A stretch of 64,000 bases of DNA from the human T2T-CHM13v2.0 reference genome, Homo sapiens: NCBI RefSeq assembly GCF_009914755.1, contig NC_060947.1; one strand, written 5' to 3'. Position 1 is the first letter of the stretch, and each line of letters begins with the position of its first letter. Made by a program: the position numbers and the translations under genes. The notes below the pieces were generated by a model. It worked only from the letters and a program-made list of their open reading frames with translations, made no database searches and was not told the DNA's origin. Positions 14,222 through 31,342 of the stretch are shown here, one piece after another.

Positions 14222-14735
14222 CTAGTGGGTCTCAGCCCTGACTGCACATTAGAATTACCTGGGGAACTTTTTAAACCCTCCCAATGCCCAGGCTGGACCT
14301 CAGAACAATGATACTAGCATCCCGATGCCCACGACGCAGGATTTTTTATTTTATTTAGAAATTTTTTGTCAGTATTATTTTTTTTTTCTTTTGAGACTGA
14401 GTCTCGCTCTGTCACCCAGACTGGAGTGCAGTGGTGTAATCTCAGCTCACTGTGACCTCTGCCTCCCGAGTTCCAGTGATTCTCCTGCCTCAGCCTCCTG
14501 AGTAGCTGGGATTACAGGCGCCTGCTACTACACCCAGCTAATTTTTTGTATTTTTAGTAGAGACGGGGTTTCACCATGTTGGCCAGGCTGGTCTCGAACT
14601 CCTGACCTCAAGTAATCTGCCCGCCTCAGCCTCCCAAAGTGCTGGGATTACAGGTATGAGCCCCTGCGGCCAGCTCTCAGTATTTTTTAAAGTTCCTCCA
14701 AAGATTCTAATGGGCAGACAAAGTTAAGAACCACC
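14222..14735. mobile_element. MER5-like element interrupted by an antisense AluS (about 14375-14675)
   Basis: MER5 motifs on both sides of the Alu, which is flanked by tcagtatt repeats. Confidence 0.75.
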
Positions 14736-15429
14736 GACTTAATGATTTTTAAAGGACCTTTTGCTCTTTGCTCTTCTAGCAGTTTGTGTTTTATCCCAAG
14801 TTGAAGTTTCTCTTCTTTTAATGTTTTTACCAAGTTGGGAAGAAATAGCTGTGAAGCTCCCCCGACCCCCTTCCATCTGCTGTTTGTTCTTATTTACATA
14901 TGATGGAACCCAGCCCACTGATTTATAGCTCTGGTTCCCTCACAACTGTTATTGAACTGAAAACATAGCTGAAAACTTATTAAACAGAAAAAACTTATTT
15001 TGAGCTTCATGCTGACAATTTATTATAGAACCAAGGAAACATTTCAACGTCTTTCCTTCTAGAGTTAATGTTAACAATTGATTTACAACCCCATGCTCTC
15101 AAATGAAAAAGTTCATTCTGGGGCCAAACCCAGTGTTTTTTTTTTCTTGGGTGTCCCATTGAGAAAGCCAAAGCATCTCTGCAGGAGAACTGGATTTCGA
15201 GGGGTTTGTATCCATGAACAGGCAGGGCCTCCTCACATTGCTGCCGGTGGCCTCTAATGTGACGTGTCAGTAGCCCCTTTCCTCCAGTCCTCTCTTCTGG
15301 TCCACAGACACCGGCAGCAAAGCCAGGCACGTACATCCTCACTATGGGTGTGGCCTCACTGTTCAAATGCTTTGCGATAGGTCTTTCAGAAGTCCACCTT
15401 TCGGTAGCAGCCCCCTTTAGACCTACCAT

Positions 15430-15742
15430 TTTATTTTATTATTATTTTTTTAGAGACAAGGTCTCACTCTGTCACCCAGGCTGAAGTATAGTGGTACAGT
15501 CATAGCTTACTGCAGCCTCAAACTCCTGAGCTCAAGTGATCTTCCTGCCTCAGCCTCCTGAGTACCTAGGACTACAGGTGCAGGCGCCACCATGCCTGGC
15601 CTTTAAAAAATAATTTTGTTTTTATAGAGATGAGGTCCTCTTGTGTTGCCCAGGCTGGTCTCGAACTCCTGGCCTCAAGCAATCCTCCTGCTTCGGCCTT
15701 CCAAAGTCCTGAGATTATAGGGGTGAGCCACTGCCCCTGGCC
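15430..15742 (-). mobile_element. AluJ
   Basis: AluJ-type sequence (catagcttactgcagcctcaaactcctgagctcaagtgatc) with acctacc flanks. Confidence 0.9.
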
Positions 15743-16086
15743 TATACCTACCCTTTTAAATTGGAAATAACAAGACTTTTCTGAGCTGCCAAGGAGTAGA
15801 GAGGAGAGTAGGAAGATGATATAGAAGAGCCGAACATTTAGTTTAACCCACGGAACTAAATCTGGAAAGAACTGGGGTCCTGACATAAGTGTGATTCATA
15901 TTGGTGAAGTGTCCTTTGGGGTGCTAAGTCTCCCTGCCCATTTCTCTGTGTTAACAGTTATCTCTTTCAACTGTTCACTTTCTTCTGCAATACCTATCTG
16001 AAATGCACAGCCCATGCCTTTCCTGTCTCTCTCAGTCCTTTATTAAATGATTAAAATTAGTTGGCACCTTGATAAGGATGAACTAG

Positions 16087-16656
<570 letters not shown>

Positions 16657-16857
16657 GGTTAGTTATCTTTTAGTGGTGGAAAAAAGGGAATTTTCCTGGA
16701 AAAAGAAGTGTTGCCAGAGCATGGAGTCAAGCTGAAAGAACCCCTTACTTACCATGTTGAGTAAAGAGTCATTTCTCATGCAAGCCAATTTTGTTCCAGA
16801 AAACCTCGACTGAAGCTTCTTGGCTTTGACGTTCCCTCTTTGGGTATTTTCTTGTAG

Positions 16858-17001
<144 letters not shown>

Positions 17002-17643
17002 TAATGGATGTTCATGCTTGACATTGACTGTGTAGTTGGTTTTTATATTGACTGAACTGTTGACTCTGAATGACCCCAGAGTTAGCTGTCTGCTTTTGGA
17101 TGAATACATAGATTTTTGTTTCACCAGGAGGTAAGAGAAAATAATACCTGAATTTTTCGAACTGCATTTTCAAATACCTTGTAATTCGGCCTTTCCTTTC
17201 TCCTAATTGCTGTCTGTAAGAGGCACATGGCTTGCTGCCTGGTGAATTGTGTCATAAACCATCACTGGATATGGCAGAATGCAGAGCAGTGGGGAGTCAC
17301 AGGGAGCAGCTGGAACAAGAGCCCCTAAGACACCAAAACGAAGAAAACCCATATTGGCCACATGTCCTTCTGCTCTGTGCATGATGCATGCAAATGTCCT
17401 GGGGCAAATCCTTTCCTGTAACCAAGCATATCTCCTTCCCGACCCATCATTTGGCACAAATGACCCAAATAGTATACTGATAAACTGCAGACCAGTGTTC
17501 TACCATTGCTTAGGACTACAAACGTATTTCCTAATAGAAGTGGACACTTGCTGGGCCTTGTAAAATTTTCTGATACTATGCGACACGATAAGGGAACAAA
17601 GGAGAAAAGTATTGACAGCCATGCTGTTTAAAAGTAGAAAACG

Positions 17644-18058
<415 letters not shown>

Positions 18059-20944
18059 CTAGAGGTATTTTTGAAAGCTTCCTGAGTATAACAATCACCT
18101 GGGTTGCCTGGACGCTCTGGCTTTCTGGGCCCCTTCCCAGCAAGGCCTGGGTTAATGGATCATGGATGCAGGCTGAACAGCTGTCACTTTAGCCAGTCTC
18201 CGGGTGATTGTTATCACTAGGCAGGTCTGGGGAAACACTGCCTGGAGTCATACTGAGTCATACTGAGCACAAATATTTTTGCCTCAGCGTTCTGGGAATG
18301 CTTAACCTTGTTGAAATGAGAACACGTAGAGTTTTAGCAAGGATATTTTCTAGTGCTTTAAACTCATGGTACTGGAGATGGATAAACATTGCCATAGATA
18401 CTTTTGTCAGTAGATGTGAAAAGGCGTTTGTTCAGTGTTTATAATGAAGGAAGAACTGGGATGGTGGGTGGCAAGGCAGCGTTGGAGGAAGACAAAGAGT
18501 AGGTTTGATTTTTTGTTTCCCCTTCAAAAATCTGTCAAAGCTGTCCTCAGTCACATAAGGCACAGGCTGATGAAGGCAAGAGCACATGGGCTGTGATGGG
18601 AAACTCTCCAGATGGTAGACAACTTTCAACACCAACATATTGTTGTTTTATGAAGGCTTCATTTATTTGCTGAGCTAGCTTGTGGTATGTGGAACAGGAT
18701 GTGTCTTGCCCTGGGCAGTTGAGCGCTTAGTGTATTAAGGGCTCTTTATCCTCGCCTGACCCCACATGAACCGAAGAGGTGCTTGCATGAATTAGTACAG
18801 GACCACCAGGGTGGAGGGTGGGGTGGAGTGTGTGTGTATGTATAGGTGTTGGGGGTAATGTGTTATGAATAGCTGGATGCCAGGGGAATGTTCTGGGAAG
18901 TGCAGTCAGTTCTTTGAGCAGTGTGGATTGCAGTTGCCTCAGGGAGCTCTTCTGAGTGGCATAAGGGAGTGGGTGCCTCACAGTTGGCCCTTCTCGGCAA
19001 GTGGCCCATGGGTCCTTCTTGAAGCAGGACTATTCTCAGTTCTTCTAATATTAGACATGTTCCTGTTTGCCTCCCGAGTTGCTCTCCAGTCTTCTATTTT
19101 ATTTCAATGAGAGCTGTCAGTTTTTCTTCTAAAAGCGTTCTTTGAACACTCTGCTTTCTTTGAGCTGAGTTCAACCTGCCAGGAACTCTGCTAGTTCCAC
19201 GACAGGTACAAATATCAAAGGCAAATTGGATCTCACAAAGTTCCCCGACTGTATCTTGCATTTCAGAGTTCAGAGAAGTTTCTTTAACGAAATGCAAGAA
19301 AGATGGATGTTGTTGAAGCAGTTTCAGCAGTTCTTTGAAGTGGGTCCTTTCCTGGACCCCAGAAGATGTAAATTTTTTTTTTTTTTCCCCTCAAAATTAA
19401 ATGAACATGCAGTTCTTAAAATGACCTCTGGGTGGAGCTCGTGGTACTCACAAAGAACACTAGCGGCGTTGAAAGCTTTTATGCAGCTTTCTACTCCGGC
19501 GTTGTTTTTGAAAAAAAAAAAAATTTCTTGCCCTTTTTCTCTGCTGTCCTCGATTTGATTGCCTTTTAATAGTCAACAAGAAAGGAGAGACTTTGCCTAA
19601 TAATTCCTTGAATCTTAGATGGAAATCTCCCACTATCTTAGGGTTTTGTCTTTCTGATACTGAGTAGCCCCTGCATTAAGAAAGGATTTGCCTGCATTTG
19701 AAGTGGAGGTGAATAACTCGCCTGCTCTTCCTGGTATGACTTGGCACTGTTCTTTGGGCATGTGTTGTATGCAGTGTATCACCCAGGCGGAAGATTTCTC
19801 ATCAATAATAGTGCCCACACTGGGCCAATGCTGAGTCACTTGGCAACCCATTGGGAAAGCTGGAAAAATGTTCTGATTTGTGAAAGGGAGAAGCTTTTCT
19901 TTCCCTCACCATGAAGCTCTGGACCGCAGCTAATTACAGAGCCTCCTAAGAAGTGTTAACCTCAGCATTCCATAGTGACCGACCTCCTGAACCGGGCAGG
20001 TACAGAAAGCTGCAGTGTTCTGAGGCCTAATACCTTGGCTTTTGTAGCAATGACCTCGTCTCAAAATGGAAGTGTGTGGATGTGGCTTTGTTGTACTCTT
20101 TGCTAGGGGTGTTCACTGTAAAAGATAAATGAGGATGCCTCTGCTCCCGTGAAGGGTAAATTTGTTTTCTCTGTCTCCCTGCCTTTTCCTGCTCATCTCT
20201 TAAGAGGTCACGAGTAGTTTTTGTATTGTGAAACTGATGGTGTAGGTTTCAAGTGGAAATTTAGTATCGTGAAATAAGCACCGCTTTTTGTTTAGGATTC
20301 TCTGTTCCCTGCAAGCATGTGCTCTTATTGTAAATAAGCAGCAAAGGACAGGGCATCTGTTATTTTTCTGGTGACCACAGCTGTTGAATGAGTGTCAGGT
20401 GATAAAATAATGATTTTAGGGGTGTCTTCTGGAGGATTTGCCCTTGCCAGAGTAGAAGAGGAGGATCTCAAGGTCGCTACATCAGGATTCTGACTGAGAC
20501 CTGGCAGGAGAGCGTCAGATCAGGAGGAGCAACTTCCTGAGCTTGGCTTATCTCCAGCTGGATTTGACTATATAGCCAAAAAGCTGGATCCCTTCGGAAT
20601 TATTTGTTTGTTTGTGCTCTTTGCCCCTGGGACCTAAGTTCGTCAGGTCACATCCAAAGAAAAATAGCAGGATGGGACTCACAGGGAGGTGGCATCCTAA
20701 TGATGCTCTGAGGGAGTGGCCTTAACCTTGGCCACAGCAGGTGCAGAGAAGTCGGCTGAATGGTCCTAAATTTATTGGCATGTGACTCTCACACACAGGC
20801 TTTGAGTGAGGTGGTGAGAGTTTTCTTGCAGAGGGCGAAACAGAGGTGTAGCCCACTTCTTTGGCTTTGTCTCTAAGCTCTACCAGGCCTAGGTACTGGA
20901 CTTCTCCCAGGTATGCGGTCAGGGCTCTGCTTATATCCGGAGCC

Positions 20945-21110
20945 TGGTGGTTCTCAAGGTGTGGTTCCAGACCAGTAGCAGCAGTGGTCCCTGGGAACTC
21001 ATTAGAGATGCAAATTTTCACATCCCCACCTGCTGAGCTCTGGGAGTAGGGCTCAGTGCCTTGTGTTTTACCTGGTGATTCTGCTGCGTGAAAAGGGTTG
21101 GGAACCCCTG
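20945..21110. mobile_element. MER5A-like fragment
   Basis: ggttctcaaggtgtggttccagaccagtagcagc ... gggttgggaacccctg. Confidence 0.65.
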
Positions 21111-21522
21111 TCTTGTCCTTACCACTTCACAGCACACCTGCCTGACTTCCAACTGCAGCCTCCTGCATTTTGGCCAAGAGCATTCTCTCCCTGCTACAGC
21201 CTGCTTTGCTACTCATAAAGAGGGCCCAAAGGACGGGGAATGACCACACCTTCCTCAGAAGTCCTCACCCAACAGTTGATGGGAGTTGCTGTGTGTGGCC
21301 CCCGCTCCCTCATCCCTCTAGTGCGTGTTCCACATGGGCTCTGGGAGCTTTTCCAATGGGCTAGAGCTATTATACTAGCTAAGATACTCGTTGCTGACTG
21401 CCTTTCTTTCTCTACGTATTTCCTCTTTCTCCTACCAGTGTTTCTTTTGCTGCCCAAATGAACTGCTCGCACTTGAATCCTTGTCTTAGAGTCTGTTTCT
21501 GGGGGATTCCCAACTAGGACAC
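21110..21522 (+). mobile_element. ERVL LTR, LTR33-like
   Basis: 3' end reads cttgaatccttgtcttagagtctgtttctgggggattcccaactaggaca. Confidence 0.55.
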
Positions 21523-22816
21523 AGCCCCTGGGGGTATACGCTTTCCCAGTGCTTCCTTGCCTGTAAGGCAACAGCACATTTCACCGAGTCTGGTTGCTAG
21601 CACTGCTTCAGCAGACTCAATGCCACAAACATTTCTAGCACACCAACAGCATGCCAGGTGCTGAGCCGGGATTCGGACTCAGAGATGAGCAGCCACAGTC
21701 CCTTTTCTGCGGGGGCCTTCAGGCTCCTAGGAGAGAACAGGAGGCCATGGATGCAGGGCAGACCAGGAGAAGTGTTAGGTAATGTGATGGAGACGAAAGG
21801 GGTCCTGGGAGTCTAGGGGAGCTCAAACATGACATGTGAGGGTGCCTTACTTGGGAAGTGCCTACTCTGCCCCTTTCTCTCTTCCTCTGTGGTGTTCCCA
21901 CACCCTGTCTTGCAGCCTTGTGGCAAGTCTTCCTCTTCCTTCCTTACTAATCCCAACTCTGCATCTGGCTGTCACTTCCCCTTGATACCTTCACTCCTGC
22001 TTCACCTCACTGTGCATTTTAAATTGTTTCGTAGGAGAAAAGAAACAGAAGGGCTTTCATCAAACTGTCTCCTGCCCTTTCCAGTTACAGATTCTAGCAC
22101 ATTTGCATAACCGCTCAAGAATGCAGTCACCCTGCGTCTGGCATCCACTCCAGGGCTCACCAGGGACAGTGACTGGTAGACCAGCATGGAAACCGCGGGC
22201 TGTGGCTCCCTCCCATGTGCCACCTTCCCGAGCTTGTCCCTTCTCTTTGGCTCTATGTCTCTCTCACACACATGCAGGCCAAGATGGCGGCCTTCATACT
22301 TGTATCTCTTTCCTCTCACTGGCCTCAACAGGAAGTATGGTATAGAGGTCAGGAGTATAGACAGGTGAGAGACTGCCTAGTTTCCAAGCCAACTTCTACA
22401 CCTTATTGACTGTATGACCCTTTGGAAATTACTTAACTTCTTCCACCCTCAGTTTTCACATCCATAAACTGGGGAGATTGGTCCCTGTCTCAGAAGATTT
22501 GTTATGAGGATTAAAAGAGCCACTGTGCCTAAAGTACTTATAAGAATGCCTGGAGCATGAGAAAGGCTCCCCAAGTTGTCAGCCGTTTGGTCCAAACTGC
22601 TGTGCCTCTGGGAGGGGAGGCTTTGGCTGGACCAGACGGTGAGAGGAGGGATATTTGTGAGCAGCCCCTGCTGAGAGGGTGTTGGAGGGGATGCATTTCT
22701 TTTCTCTGGATTTTGGATTTTGTGGTTTTGAACAAATTCAGTATTGTCGTTGTGATATATATTTTAAACACAAAAGTAAATATCTGGTATAAGTGGGAGT
22801 TTGATGCATATATCTA

Positions 22817-23173
22817 TTTATTTTTTCGAGTTAAAGTCTCGCTCTGTTGCCCAGGCTGGAGTGCAGTGTTACAATCATAGCTCACTGCAGCCTGAAACTC
22901 CTGGGCTCAAGCGATCCACCCACCTTAGCCTCCTGAGTATCTGGAACTATAGGTGTGTGCCCCCACCCACCTTAGCCTTCTGAGTACCTGGAACTATAGG
23001 TGTGTGCCCCCACATCCAGCTAAGTGGTTTTCTTAATTTTTTTTTTTTTTTTGGTAGAGATGGGATCTCACTGTGTTGCCCAGGCTGGTCTCAAACTCTT
23101 GGCCTCAACCGATCCGCCAGCTACAGCCTCCCAAAATGCTGGGATTACAGTGTGAGCCACTGCCACACCCAGC
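22817..23173 (-). mobile_element. AluJ carrying an internal 47-bp tandem duplication
   Basis: caccttagcct(c/t)ctgagta(t/c)ctggaactataggtgtgtgccccca occurs at 22921 and again at 22968. Confidence 0.9.
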
Positions 23174-23776
23174 CAACATATATTTATTAAAGGCATAGTA
23201 CATGTGATATCTTACCGGAGTGATTTTCCATGCTCTAGAGCCTCATGTAAATGTCATTTAGGGGGATGCTTTAGGTCATTCATTCTCACACTTGAGCATG
23301 CATCAGTGCCATCTGAAGGGCTTGTTAAAACACCAATTGCCAGCCCCACCCCTAGAATTTCTGATTCAGTAGAGCTAAGGTGGAGCCTGGATATTTGCAT
23401 TTCTGACAAGTTCTCAGGCAATTCTGATGCTGCTGGTCTGGGGCCTGTGCTTTGAGAGCTCTAGGTGATTACAAGTGAAAATGTCCTTATGCCAAGCCTG
23501 TGTTAATAGAAGGGTATAATGTTCATTAAGTGATTGTCTTACCTCTTACTGGAGTCCCCTTTTCACCATTTCTCGCAGGTGGGTCCCCTGAGTGAGTACT
23601 AGGACACCCAGAACCCAGCCAGGCCACCTACTCTACTGTTGCTGTCTCTGCTAAAGAGCCCTGCTTGAGAGAGATCCAAAGGCTCTTTCTTGGTCATTTC
23701 TGCTCCTTGACTCCACATCTGTCCCCAGGAACTACCCAGGTTAAGTCTTCCACATAAAAGCCCTTCCAACGTTTGA

Positions 23777-24162
<386 letters not shown>

Positions 24163-25282
24163 TAACCAACATTACAGTCAGACTGGATGTTCTAAATGCT
24201 TCACAAATATTAGCTCTCTCAATGCCATAATATCCGTATGAGGTAGGTACTTTTTTTTTTTTTTTAATACAGATGAGGAAACTGAAGCACAGAGAGTGTG
24301 AGCACACTTACCCAAGGTCACACAGCTAGTAGGTAGAAGAGCTGGGATTCCCTCCCTAGAGGTCTGGTTTCACAGTCTGTGCTTTTATCCGCAATGCCAG
24401 TGGGTCTCAAAGTGTGGTCCCCAGTCCAGAAGCATCGCCATCACTCAGGACTAGCTAAAAATGCAGATTCTTGGCTCTATCCCACATCTATAGAATCAGC
24501 AACTCTGGGAGAGGCCCTAGGCATCTGTACTTTAATCAGTCCTGCTGGTGATTCTGATGCAGCCCAAGTATGAGAACCATTGCTCTAAGGTGTGGTTCTG
24601 ATGCCTCATCCTGCTGGCTGCTCTCCAGTTTTCAATATCTTTTTTAGAAGCTTAAGTTCAAGGCTGTGCACAATATTCTAGGTATAGTGTAACTCACACA
24701 GCACAATGGGAATATTATTACTGCCTTTGTCTTGCATACAAATTATATTAAGAAATCCAAAGTTTACATTATGGCTATCTTTTCCCCTCAGCCATTCACT
24801 GTTGGCTCATAACGAATTTCTAGTCAGTTAATTTCTAGGTCTTTTTTTCCCCGCTCACAGGAACTGTTGTTAAGCCCTGTTGCTCCAGTCCTAAACTTGG
24901 CATTAAAAAACAAACAAAAAAAAAAACCCTCATCCCAGAACTTCACATTTATTCTTATTAAAATCCATTTAGTTGTTTTGGTTCATGGCTCTGGCTTTCA
25001 AAAAGTATATTTCTGGACCTCCTACATGTTTATTATTGTTTTAAAAATCTATGCTCATTTAAAAAATCTGGAAAATAAAGCACAACAGTAGAAAGACAAA
25101 AAAAAGTTCTAGTTCCATCATCTAAACATAACTGCTGCTAACATTTTGATGTATCACTTTGACTTTTTTCCCATACATAGGCTTTGAAAGGCATTCTTGA
25201 ACAATGATGTTTATAAAAATTTGAGTTCTTTTTTCTCTTAACATTTATTATAAGCATTTCTTGTATTATTGCATATTCTTTA

Positions 25283-25597
<315 letters not shown>

Positions 25598-26454
25598 AAG
25601 AATATTCACTACTATGACATATTCTTCTAGTGGTGGCACAGGAGGTACTACTTAAACATTTCTCTATAGTTGCATGTTTAGGTTGTGCTGTTATAGTTAT
25701 TACTATGATACACATCTTTTGCATAATGCCTTCTCCCTAAATGTAGGACTAATTCCTTAGAATGGCATCTCAGACAACCTTTGAAAAGGTCAACTCTTTC
25801 CTTCAGTATATCAACTACTGTTTCTATGTCGTTCATAACTTGATAAGTTTGTTTTTTAGTTTTATTATTTTGGGGTTATTATGAATGGACATGCTCAAAA
25901 AAAGGGAATTGGAATCAGCCAATTTGTTCATCCTTTGGCAATGCCCTTCCAGATTTATCTATTGAACAAAAATATTCAGGGAGAAACTTCTAAGTGGTGA
26001 GTCTTTTGTTAGGTGCCAGTCAATTCACTAACTAATAGATTTTTGGTCTAGTTGTTCTACTTTGGACAAACTCCATGGAACTATGATTTAAATTCTCCCT
26101 TTTGCCTGCAAGGAGACCTTGAGATATTTAGCAATGCGTTGATATCATCCAGTTATACTGTATTTAGGGCATTCTTTAATTTACCAATGTATTGTTCTGT
26201 TTAAAATGTGGAAACCTGAGGAAATGAACAAAGCTTCACTGGGTTCTCATTTTTCTGAAGTTCCATGTTACCTAAGTGCAGATTATATCATTCTGTGAAA
26301 ACAGCCAGCTGTTCAGGCAACCAAATCAGAAATCTCAGTCTTTCCTCTTAGCCAACTTGTAAGCACAAATCGTGTTGCTTCTTTCTGCCAGCTCTCAAAT
26401 TTATACCATTTCTGTTTTAGTTATTCCCCTCCCTTAGCTTCTCATCCTTAAACA

Positions 26455-27070
26455 TTTTTTTTAATTGAGGTAAAATTCACCTAACATAAAACTAACCATT
26501 TTAAAGTGAACAATTCTCAATTAGATAGAAGAAATAAGCTCTCATGCTCAATAGCAGATTATAGTGACTACAGTTAGCAACAGTATATTGTATATTCCAA
26601 AGCGGCTAGAAGAAAGGACTTGAAATGTTACCAACACATAGAAATAATGAATATTCACAGTGATGGGCACTCCAAATACCCTGACTTGATCATTACACAT
26701 TCTATGCAGGTAAAAACTACTCACATGTACCCATAAATATGTACAAATATTATGCATCAATAAAAGAAAAGAAATGAAGTGAGCAATTCAGTGGCACTTA
26801 GAACATTCACAGTGTTGTGTGATCACCACCTCTATCCAGTTCCAAAACATTTTTGTAACTCCCAAAGGACACTTTGTACCCATTAAGCAGTCACTCTCCA
26901 TTCCCCACTCCCCCAGCTCCTGACAACTACCAATCTGCTTTTTGTTTCTATGGATTCATGTATTTTGGATATTTCCTGTGAATGAGATCACGCACCAATG
27001 CGATTTTTGTGACTGGCTTCTTTCACTTAGCCTTATGTTTTCGAGACTCATCCACTTTGTAGCATGTATC
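26455..27070 (-). mobile_element. Old L1 (L1MB-like) 3' fragment with a nested + strand L1 3' end at 26517-26776
   Basis: L1 3'UTR motifs; the nested piece ends in an A-rich tail and is flanked by aagtgaacaattc/aagtgagcaattc. Confidence 0.75.
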
Positions 27071-27709
27071 TTCTCATTCTGTTTAATTGGCGTCCCCATT
27101 GATAGTCTTGGAAAAGGAATAGCAAAATAAACCCCTGTAGCATTTCTGATAGTGAGATCTTTCCTGTCTTCTCTGAACTTTTTGCAATAGCATCGTAGTG
27201 TTTATTCATAGCTGAAATACTATCCCCCAGCTATATATTACTGAATTGAAGCAACTCCTGTAGGGAAAGAAGTATGTCTGACTACTTTATTTTTGTATTT
27301 TCAGAACCTAATGTGGATCTGACACTCCATTCTTTGACCACTGGGCAGAACTTAGTAAGAACCATGGCTTTACCAAACACTAGCTATGGGACCTCAGGCA
27401 AGATGGGCAGTTTTGGGGGTCTCAGTTTCCTCACTCATGAAATGGGGACAAATACTTTTGTCCCTATTTTTACTGAGTGGAACAATTAATATATGTGCAG
27501 TGGCTAGCACAGAGTAAGTGCTCAGTATTAGTAAGATGACATGTTCATTTTTTTTTCCCAAGTTTCCTCTAACTGCCTCCCTCACTAAATAACATGCTCC
27601 ATTATAGTGTCTTAAAACTGGGAATGAAAAAGTGATGCCAGTTACATAATTACATTGTTTTCTTTGGGGCAGAGGTACAAAATAGAATTTTATTAAACTT
27701 TGCCTCTAA

Positions 27710-29450
<1,741 letters not shown>

Positions 29451-29867
29451 TATTCTCTTTAATGTTTAACCTCTATTTAATCATAAGCTGTTTTGAACAA
29501 TTTGTAAATCAGTGCCTAAATTAGTTCTCCCACCAATGAACAGTATATTGATTTTTTTCTGATGGGGAAAGGGTAGCACCTTACTAACTTGAAATACAGC
29601 ATTTTATTAATGAGCAAATTTGCAGAAATATCTGTTAGAGACTGATGTAAATTATCTTTTGTAAGGGGCAGTAGCTTATATCAATAGAAACACACGTAAT
29701 ATGTACTCCATGGTTTTTGAAAACCTCTGCAGTGTTGCATTTTCAGTGTTGATCATCAAGAATACAAATATATAACCATGTCATACATTTTAAAAACAAA
29801 TAATGCTAGTGTTGAGGAATATAACTAATTTCAAATTTGTGGAACAGTGGGACTATATTAAAAGATG

Positions 29868-30200
<333 letters not shown>

Positions 30201-31342
30201 TAAAAGACGAAACTTGGAATAGTAAATACTTAAAAATTCTAACAATATCAACAGGTAGTGATAGTTTAAACATGTACTGTAAAAGTGTTTGGTTTTTAAG
30301 GGTATGTAAGAGACTGGTTGTCTGTGGGACTTTGAAAGCAGTTGGGAAATGCCACAATAGCCTCAGTATAAAATTCTAGAGACCCAAAGCGGAGAGAGAT
30401 GCCTCTTAAGAATTATGGAGGATATTTATTACTTTTATTCATGGGATGGGTGGTGGTGATTTAATGCCTGTCTCTTGTTTCTTTTGTTTTTTTTTGTTAT
30501 CCAAATCCAAATCCAAATTATATGAGGAATTCACTTAAAAATATACGTTTAGTTTGGTTTAATAAAAATAATCAGTTTTGATGTATTGACTTTTAATTTC
30601 ATGGGGGAAAGAGTCCATTAGGAATGTTCAGGCTTTCTGTGTATATTTTGTGTTGCTCATTCTCTTTGGCCCAAGATGAAACTAATAGCCACAATGTGTC
30701 TGCTTTGGTGCTGTCTCTAGGGTTGTGTCTGCTGCTGTCAGCTGCACCCTTGTTATCTGGCTGCTGGTCCTGCTCAGTCAGTTGTACAGGAATGTCATTT
30801 CCATTAATAACCCCAGGGCCGGACAGGCAGATAGTGGAAAATGGGTGAAGAGAGAGAAATTGTATTTAACCCAGTGTTCTGAGTTGTCATTTTTGAGACC
30901 CTAGCATAGCTGGGTAAAGGCAAGCAGAGGGCATGACAGCAAATCTATTTCTGGCAGAATCTCATATACAAACTGGAGAAACAGCCTGATACCAAGAGAA
31001 GAAAGGGTGAAATATACTGGGAAAAGAGGGAAAGATTTGGGGTTGGAAAAGTCAGAGGAAACAATGTTAGGAAGAAATAACATGATCAAGTATTCTGATA
31101 GAGGTGCTGACAACTTTGCAAAATAAATTTAATTTTGATTGTAAATGCCATCATTTGTGGTGGTTCAAATGAACAAAATTCCTTTTTAAAAAATGAAATT
31201 TATGTAAGGATTGCTCATAGAAGATTTTGGAGTTTTGTGCTATGTTTTTTTTTTTTTTGGTTCTGGATCAGTGAAAGGCCCGAGGAACAGAGTAGGTTTT
31301 ATTTTTTTTTCCATCTAGGTAGAATGACTCAGTTACTGTAGT

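Noticed and set aside
15007-15429. 140-aa minus-strand ORF outside repeats
   Set aside because: No recognisable domain or supporting gene structure; its length is compatible with chance in 64 kb.
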